Below are positions 58,266 through 64,000 of a DNA stretch of 64,000 nucleotides, piece by piece. Each line of letters starts with the position of its first letter. Within the stretch, counting starts at the first letter, position 1. The stretch covers positions 84,280-148,279 of the forward strand of contig CALNYY010000056.1 in the NCBI GenBank assembly GCA_942490835.1, read 5' to 3'. The notes beneath the pieces were generated by a model that saw only the letters and a list, made by a program, of their open reading frames with translations, was not told the DNA's origin and ran no database searches. The stretch is from an uncultured Saprospiraceae bacterium. GTDB taxonomy: Bacteria > Bacteroidota > Bacteroidia > Chitinophagales > Saprospiraceae. The position numbers and the translations under genes were made by a program.

Positions 58266-59588
58266 TCAATTCTCCAACAACTCCTTTGGCAACTCCTTTG
58301 ATGCCTTTGCTCCAAGCTTTTTAATTTTTTCAGCCCTCCCTATCAAAGTATCACCATATTTTTTCGAATCTGATAATTTGTTCATCGCACTTCCCCAAGC
58401 TGATTGAGCAGAATTAAGTTTACTCCCCACATCATTCAAATCATCAACAAACCCAACAAACTTATCGTACAATAAACCACTTTGTCGGGCAATTTCAAGT
58501 ACATTCTTTTTTTGTTGTTCTTGTCTCCATATAAAGGATACGGTGCGCATAGTAGCCAATAAGGTCGATGAAGTTACCAGTACAATGTTTTTGTCCAATG
58601 CGTCCAAAAATAATTTTGAATCATGCTGTAAAGCGACCGCAAAAGCCGGTTCGATAGGGACAAATAACAAGAGATAATCAGGAGAATTAATCTGATAAAG
58701 ATTTTGGTAATTCTTACTTCCTAAATCTTTTATGTGGGTTCGAATACTGTCAATATGAGATTTTAAAAATCGCTTTTGTTTATCCTCATTATCCGCATTG
58801 AAATACTTTTCATATGCCTTTAATGACACCTTCGAATCAATGACTATGTGCTTTTTTTCAGGCAAATTAATAATGAAATCAGGCCTTTTGTCTTTTCCGT
58901 TTTCATCTTTAAAAGATGGCTGAACGATGAAATGAGTATCTTTTAAAAGCCCAGCCTTTTCTAAAATCATTTGCAATTGCACCTCTCCCCAATCACCTTG
59001 AATTTTTGAATCTCCTTTAAGTGCAGACGCAAGCAACTTAGCATCGGAACTTAATTGTGTATTGAGATCCCTCAACTGCTCTATCTCCTTTTTAAGTGAA
59101 ACTTTATCTTTAGCCTCTTCGGTAAACCTTCTTTCTATATCCTTGCTAAAATCTTTGATATTCTCACGAAGCGGTTGCAACAAATCGTTTAATTTAACTT
59201 CGTTATGTTTTGTAAATTTTGCAGTTTTTTCTTCAAAAATCCGGTTGGCTAAATTTTCAAATTCATGATGGGCTTTATTCTGCAGCTTGTCAAAGTCAGA
59301 TTTCCAGGTGAATAATTTTTCTTCTAAATATTGAATGTCACGATCTTTTTCAGACAATCTTTTTTCCAATTCTAAGGATTCAATTCTTTTCTTTTCTTCT
59401 AATATTTTTGACTCATCTAATTGTTTTTCAACAACTTGAAACAAACTTTTATCGACATATTTTTCTTCCAATATTGAATTAGAAACAGCGTTGCCAGAAT
59501 ATTTAGCTTTAGAAATAATCCAACCAACTACAAAACCAAGTAGGATGCCACACAATAATAGGAATAGAATTAAGAGAGGTTCTTGCAT
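58266..59588 (-). CDS. rmuC: DNA recombination protein RmuC
   Basis: N-terminal TM helix (from the ATG at 59588: MQEPLLILFLLLCGILLG), long coiled coil, and a C-terminal RmuC nuclease-like domain (RPDFIINLPEKKHIVIDSKVSL). The track start at 59621 is a TTG. Confidence 0.85.
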   Translation of the reverse strand: MQEPLLILFLLLCGILLGFVVGWIISKAKYSGNAVSNSILEEKYVDKSLFQVVEKQLDESKILEEKKRIESLELEKRLSEKDRDIQYLEEKLFTWKSDFDKLQNKAHHEFENLANRIFEEKTAKFTKHNEVKLNDLLQPLRENIKDFSKDIERRFTEEAKDKVSLKKEIEQLRDLNTQLSSDAKLLASALKGDSKIQGDWGEVQLQMILEKAGLLKDTHFIVQPSFKDENGKDKRPDFIINLPEKKHIVIDSKVSLKAYEKYFNADNEDKQKRFLKSHIDSIRTHIKDLGSKNYQNLYQINSPDYLLLFVPIEPAFAVALQHDSKLFLDALDKNIVLVTSSTLLATMRTVSFIWRQEQQKKNVLEIARQSGLLYDKFVGFVDDLNDVGSKLNSAQSAWGSAMNKLSDSKKYGDTLIGRAEKIKKLGAKASKELPKELLEN

Positions 59589-59681
59589 ATTAATTATCTG
59601 TTTAATTGATAATATATGCAAGGTCGCAAAATTAAGCAGGATTTAAAACAAATTGGTTTAGTAAAACTCAAATGCAAGCAC

Positions 59682-60962
59682 TTAAAGAACAGTTTTTTTT
59701 ATTACTTCTCTCATTTGTATCAGTTGACTATACTGTTCATTATTCAATTTACTTGCCTTTCTGGCTGACACCCATTTTTTCATAAAGCCTACGTAATGAA
59801 TGTAAAATAAGCCCAGCAGTGGCAAAGCAAGCAGGATAAAAGTCTTCCAACCGAAGCCCATTGAAAAGCCTGTTGCATAAAGTGCTATTCCGTAAAAAAT
59901 ATACATGAAAGAACTGAAAACTATCGCAGTGGCAGCCCGGAATTCAATGGATGGTGAGATTTTCTTAGAAATCAAATTTCCAATCCAAATCGGTAGGATA
60001 TTCAAAATACGTCCTATTATAGCGGGAATAGCCCCAAGAATTATGAAGAGCGTTCCCCAAAAGGTAAATGATTTTTTATTGACCAATCCAAAATCCGAAA
60101 TCCTTAACTTGCTGAGTTGAAGGTAATACGCATCTATTTTAGACTTTAGGGCTAATTTTTCATCAGGCGAAGCTTGATTGATTTTCTCTGATACTTTCTT
60201 TTGCCTGTTAAACAATGAACTGTCATTTGATGATACAGGAAAGAAAGTCATTTCAGTATCATTTTCAAGTATATTTAAGATAGCTTCTACTAAGACTTCA
60301 TCCTCCTCTTTATCAATATGCACAATCTTTTCCTTCAAACGCCTCCCCATTTCAGAAGTCAATTCTTTAATTGCTTTGGCTGGGTTTTCATTGTAAAGGT
60401 CATTGTATTCTGAGCATCGAATTGGTTCAGCGAATTCGATCATGGCAACTGATCTAAAGCTATCTGAATCGGTGTAATTTATACCTACAGGAACAAGGTA
60501 AATGTCTAAGTCACCCACATTTTCTAAGGCACTAAAAACAATTCTGGCAGTTCCTTTCCGCATGGGGCGCATCCTTTTCTCATGCAATGTCAGACCTTCC
60601 GCAAGGATCATTAAAGTCTTGTTTTTTTTCAGTATATTAAAACACCTTTCGAAGGTCGCATAATTGCTCGTTAGATTACTATAGCCCGTGTCTTCTCTCC
60701 TAAAAATAGGCGTCATGCGGTACCAATCATATAATTTGCGCAGCAATAGGTTGTTCTTGTATAAATCTCCCCTTGCAATAAAACTCAAAGGTTTATCCAA
60801 CCAACAAGCTAAAATACAAGGCTCAATGAATGCAGTTGGGTGGTTGGCAGCTAAGATAATCGGCTTGTCCTTTGGCAATACATCTGCATTGGCGATGTAG
60901 ATTTTTCGGAAATACACCCCGAGCGCTATTTTTGCGAACGGTCTTGTAATATCATATAGCAT
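59682..60962 (-). CDS. Lysophospholipid (1-acyl-sn-glycerol-3-phosphate-type) acyltransferase family protein with C-terminal TM region
   Basis: The LAANHPTAFIEP block (NHx4-acidic acyltransferase motif) and the ILAEG block, with about 3 C-terminal TM helices. Confidence 0.7.
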   Translation of the reverse strand: MLYDITRPFAKIALGVYFRKIYIANADVLPKDKPIILAANHPTAFIEPCILACWLDKPLSFIARGDLYKNNLLLRKLYDWYRMTPIFRREDTGYSNLTSNYATFERCFNILKKNKTLMILAEGLTLHEKRMRPMRKGTARIVFSALENVGDLDIYLVPVGINYTDSDSFRSVAMIEFAEPIRCSEYNDLYNENPAKAIKELTSEMGRRLKEKIVHIDKEEDEVLVEAILNILENDTEMTFFPVSSNDSSLFNRQKKVSEKINQASPDEKLALKSKIDAYYLQLSKLRISDFGLVNKKSFTFWGTLFIILGAIPAIIGRILNILPIWIGNLISKKISPSIEFRAATAIVFSSFMYIFYGIALYATGFSMGFGWKTFILLALPLLGLFYIHYVGFMKKWVSARKASKLNNEQYSQLIQMREVIKKTVL

Positions 60963-61047
60963 AAAACAATTCTTTGTAAATCAGGGGTTCTTTTAAAAAA
61001 GTGCGCAAAGGTAGAAAATACAAGGTTGAAATATTTATTTTCAGATT

Positions 61048-61959
61048 ATGAGCAAAAAGTATTTGATAGTGGTTGGAGGCCCAACAGCCAGTGGCAAAAC
61101 ATCGGTGGCAATTGAAATTGCTAGGTATTTTGGCGCTCAAATTATTTCCGCTGACAGTCGGCAATTCTATCGGGAAATGGGCATTGGAACGGCCAAACCT
61201 TCGGTAGAAGAGCTCAATGAAATTCCTCACCATTTTATTAACTCTTTGAATATTTCTCAGTCATATTCAGTTGGCGATTATGAAAGGGATGCAATTCAAC
61301 TGCTGAATAAGTATTTCTTAGAAAACAATGTTGCTGTACTTGCGGGAGGTTCAGGGCTTTTTATAAGAGCTGTTTGTGAAGGGCTTGATGAATTTCCTGA
61401 TGTGCATGAAGACATTATAAAGGACTTAAATCTATCATTTGAAACCAATGGAATTGAACATCTACAAGAAGAGTTAAAAGCAAAAGACCCCACTTATTAT
61501 TCAGAAGTTGATCTGGCTAATCCTCATCGAATATTACGTGCATTATCCGTGATTCGTGCTAGCGGAATGCCGTTTTCAAGTTTTAGGAATAAGAAAAGTG
61601 TCAAGAGAGGTTTTGAGCCTATTTTCATCCTCCTCGAAAGAGATCGTTCCGAACTTTATGAGCGGATAAATTTAAGAGTAGAACAAATGGTTGAAAATGG
61701 ATTGATCGAAGAGGCAAAAGGATTGTTTGCGAATAAACATTTGAAATCATTGCAAACTGTTGGGTATCAGGAGTTGTTTGACCATTTCGCTGGAAAATAT
61801 TCCCTCGCCGAATCTTTAGAATTGATTAAACGAAACTCTAGAAGATATGCGAAACGCCAAATGACGTGGTTTAGGAAAAGGGAGCACTGGAATCGATTTC
61901 ATCCTGACAATTCGACCAAAATCATAGAATTCTTAAAAAAAACAATAGGCACGAGTTAG
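61048..61959 (+). CDS. miaA: tRNA dimethylallyltransferase
   Basis: VVGGPTASGKTSVAIEIA P-loop, ISADSRQFYREMGIGTAKP, and RRYAKRQMTWFR. Confidence 0.9.
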   Translation: MSKKYLIVVGGPTASGKTSVAIEIARYFGAQIISADSRQFYREMGIGTAKPSVEELNEIPHHFINSLNISQSYSVGDYERDAIQLLNKYFLENNVAVLAGGSGLFIRAVCEGLDEFPDVHEDIIKDLNLSFETNGIEHLQEELKAKDPTYYSEVDLANPHRILRALSVIRASGMPFSSFRNKKSVKRGFEPIFILLERDRSELYERINLRVEQMVENGLIEEAKGLFANKHLKSLQTVGYQELFDHFAGKYSLAESLELIKRNSRRYAKRQMTWFRKREHWNRFHPDNSTKIIEFLKKTIGTS

Positions 61960-62053
61960 AGCTATTTCGTGCCCATCCAGACAAATCCTTCAATTGTCGC
62001 TGTACCAAGTCTATATATTTTATAAATTCGAGTTTTAAACTAAAATAGAGTTC

Positions 62054-63835
62054 ATGAAAAAAGCTATACCCTTTCTATTACTATTTTTCACAGTCAATTT
62101 ATCAGCTCAGGATGAGATCTTACCAAAAGGTTTTACTCCTGAAGAAGAAGCCATGCTCGAATGGTACGACTGGACTGCAACACCTACAATGGATCGCAGC
62201 GTACCCGACCCACCTCCTAATCCCGTTAGGCACATGGCCGAATGGGAAGAGCTCGAAGCATTAGTAGTTACCTGGAGAAGTTTTCCAGACGTACTGCGTG
62301 AAATAATCAGACACGCCAAAGAAGAGGTTAAAGTGATTGTAGTAGTTTCAGCATCAGGAACCTGGACACAAGCAAACTGTATCAATAACCTTACAAATAA
62401 TGGTGTTTCACTAGACAACATTGAATTTTTAGTTACGCCTTCAAATTCTGTTTGGGTTCGAGACTATGGCCAGAATACGGTCTATGCGAATGATATTGGT
62501 GAACGCTATTTCATTGATTGGGTATACAATAGGCCAACTAGACCTGAGGATGATGAAATGCCAAATGCAATTGCTGAATACCTTAACTCTCCGATCTATG
62601 CTACTATAGAACCTCCAAACAGAATGGTAAATACTGGAGGCAATTTTATGTCAGACGGTTTAAATACCGCATTTGCCTCAAAATTGATTTTGGAAGAAAA
62701 TGAACCCGGCAACCAATATGGAGCTGGCCCGCATGATGAAGCTGCTATAGATAACATCATGCAAAATTATATGGGAATTGACCGCTTTATCAAGTTTGAA
62801 ACACTGCCCTATGATGGAATCCACCACATTGATATGCACATGCATTTAATCGATGAAGAAACCATTCTATTTGGAGAATATCCAACAGGAATAGCAGATG
62901 GACCTCAAATAGAAGCCAACATTCAATATTTATTGGACAACCATTTGTCTTCGTTTGGAACCCCATATAGAATTGAAAGAATTGTCCAACCTCCTGATTC
63001 TAATGACAAATATCCACATCAAGGTGGCGATTACAGGACCTATACCAATTCTGTATTTGTCAATAAAACGATCATTATTCCAAATTACGAAACACAATAT
63101 GACACCATCGCTCAAAGAATTTATGAGGAACATTTTCCTGGATATAAAGTAGTTGGCATCAATTGCAATGGAATGATATGGGCCTTGGGGGCACTCCATT
63201 GTATTACTAAAGAAGTGGGATCATCTGACCCATTATGGATTGTACACAAACGACAACATGATATTTTTGACAATGTCCTTTGGGGAGATTATGAGCTAAC
63301 TGCTGACATCCAGCATACCTCTGATATCTCTGATGCACAATTATTTTGGACAATTGACACCACTGCTGAATATTCTTTGATTGATATGACGCTTACTGAT
63401 CCCGGAAATCATACCTGGTCGGCATCCATACCGCACCAATCTGATGGGACTAAGATCTATTATTATATTCAAGGGACTGCCAATTCTGGAAAATCCCAAG
63501 TCAGGCCGCTCGCTGCTCCAGTTGGCTATTATCACTTTACAGTAAATACAGATCCATTGTTGGATGTTGACCAAATCAAGGTGGATTTAAAACCCGTTTT
63601 TCCAAATCCAGCATCAGAGATAACAGTGATTCCAGTAGAAACTAATTGGAAGATTAGTGCAGTAGTAGAACTAATAGATGTTATGGGACGCACGATCGAA
63701 GTTTTGCATAATGGGGAATTATATCCTGGCAAATCAAATGTATTTTTTGATGCGAGTCAATATCCTCCAGGTAGTTACTTTGTTAGGGTCAAAACGGCAC
63801 ATAATCTTTTCTCGCAAAAGCTAATTATTCACTAA
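62054..63835 (+). CDS. Secreted agmatine-deiminase/Porphyromonas-type peptidylarginine-deiminase family enzyme with Ig-like domain and T9SS type-A CTD
   Basis: HMAEWEELEALVVTW, WVRDYGQ, GGNFMSDG, HHIDMHM and the catalytic-Cys motif GALHCITKE. Signal peptide present. C-terminus VFPNPASEITVIPV...GSYFVRVKT...KLIIH. Confidence 0.8.
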   Translation: MKKAIPFLLLFFTVNLSAQDEILPKGFTPEEEAMLEWYDWTATPTMDRSVPDPPPNPVRHMAEWEELEALVVTWRSFPDVLREIIRHAKEEVKVIVVVSASGTWTQANCINNLTNNGVSLDNIEFLVTPSNSVWVRDYGQNTVYANDIGERYFIDWVYNRPTRPEDDEMPNAIAEYLNSPIYATIEPPNRMVNTGGNFMSDGLNTAFASKLILEENEPGNQYGAGPHDEAAIDNIMQNYMGIDRFIKFETLPYDGIHHIDMHMHLIDEETILFGEYPTGIADGPQIEANIQYLLDNHLSSFGTPYRIERIVQPPDSNDKYPHQGGDYRTYTNSVFVNKTIIIPNYETQYDTIAQRIYEEHFPGYKVVGINCNGMIWALGALHCITKEVGSSDPLWIVHKRQHDIFDNVLWGDYELTADIQHTSDISDAQLFWTIDTTAEYSLIDMTLTDPGNHTWSASIPHQSDGTKIYYYIQGTANSGKSQVRPLAAPVGYYHFTVNTDPLLDVDQIKVDLKPVFPNPASEITVIPVETNWKISAVVELIDVMGRTIEVLHNGELYPGKSNVFFDASQYPPGSYFVRVKTAHNLFSQKLIIH

Positions 63836-63839
63836 ACAA

Positions 63840-63907
63840 TACTCGCTTCCAAACAAAAATGCCGGACATGCAATTGCATGTCCGGCATTTTTGTTTGGAA
63901 GCGAGTA
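63840..63907. terminator. 68-bp perfect palindrome (32-bp arms) acting as a bidirectional terminator
   Basis: TACTCGCTTCCAAACAAAAATGCCGGACATGC-AATT-GCATGTCCGGCATTTTTGTTTGGAAGCGAGTA. The core GCCGGACATGC hairpin is flanked by A5/T5 runs, between convergent genes. Confidence 0.75.
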
Positions 63908-63909
63908 AT

Positions 63910-64000
63910 TTAATTTCCCAATCCCATGCCTAATCCCCCCATTTGCTTTTCAAAATCCTCCATTGTCATGGGTGTATATTCTCCATCTTTTGCACTAAAA
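63910..64000 (-). CDS. 3' end of an unidentified minus-strand gene (C-terminal 29 aa only)
   Basis: The reverse translation ..FSAKDGEYTPMTMEDFEKQMGGLGMGLGN* is open to the window edge. The Gly/Met-rich tail is not assignable from this fragment. Confidence 0.4.
   Translation of the reverse strand, partial: FSAKDGEYTPMTMEDFEKQMGGLGMGLGN

Noticed and set aside
60952-61233. 93-aa minus-strand ORF overlapping the miaA start.
   Set aside because: It is antisense to the MiaA P-loop region, and the miaA assignment is unambiguous.
1-64000. Searched for mobile-element hallmarks (transposase, integrase, or tRNA-flanked islands) and for known defence genes.
   Set aside because: No ORF shows DDE/tyrosine-recombinase motifs, restriction-modification motifs, or cas motifs. 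The accessory content here is surface and secretion related rather than mobile.

Overview
The window reads as a chromosomal segment of a Bacteroidota genome, AT-rich by eye. Three things point to that phylum: several proteins end in type IX secretion (T9SS) C-terminal sorting domains, a PorP/SprF gene is present, and TAnnTTTG-type promoter motifs sit upstream of several genes. Gene density is high, with about 50 credible CDS, mostly housekeeping: lpxB, surE, der, era, glgB, trxA, trxB, miaA, rmuC, rfbCD, hmgA and fahA. These are interspersed with envelope and secreted functions. I saw no rRNA, tRNA, CRISPR array, transposase, integrase or prophage genes. The clearly accessory parts are listed below.

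- **Truncated adhesin (1-3548, minus).** A very large secreted adhesin-like gene that runs off the window start.
- **T9SS cargo cassette (8434-18839, minus).** A 2245-aa adhesin, then PorP/SprF, then a PorE-like OmpA protein, then a small beta-barrel.
- **Three further T9SS type-A cargo proteins.** An M43 protease, a PDZ-PDZ protein, and a PPAD/agmatine-deiminase-family enzyme.
- **Divergent locus (35612-42268).** A lipoprotein/LytS-type kinase/LytTR regulator operon faces a tandem SpoVK/CbxX-type double AAA+ ATPase with a duplicated N-terminal domain, followed by a frameshifted NlpC/P60 peptidase. An 18-bp perfect inverted repeat brackets 120 bp between the two arms. This is the best candidate for something undescribed.

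Other oddities:
- two frame disruptions at homopolymer runs;
- a 68-bp perfect palindrome;
- an orphan plus-strand terminator closing a 430-bp non-coding gap;
- a heptamer-repeat hairpin between hmgA and fahA.

All product calls rest on motif recognition by eye. No database search was run.
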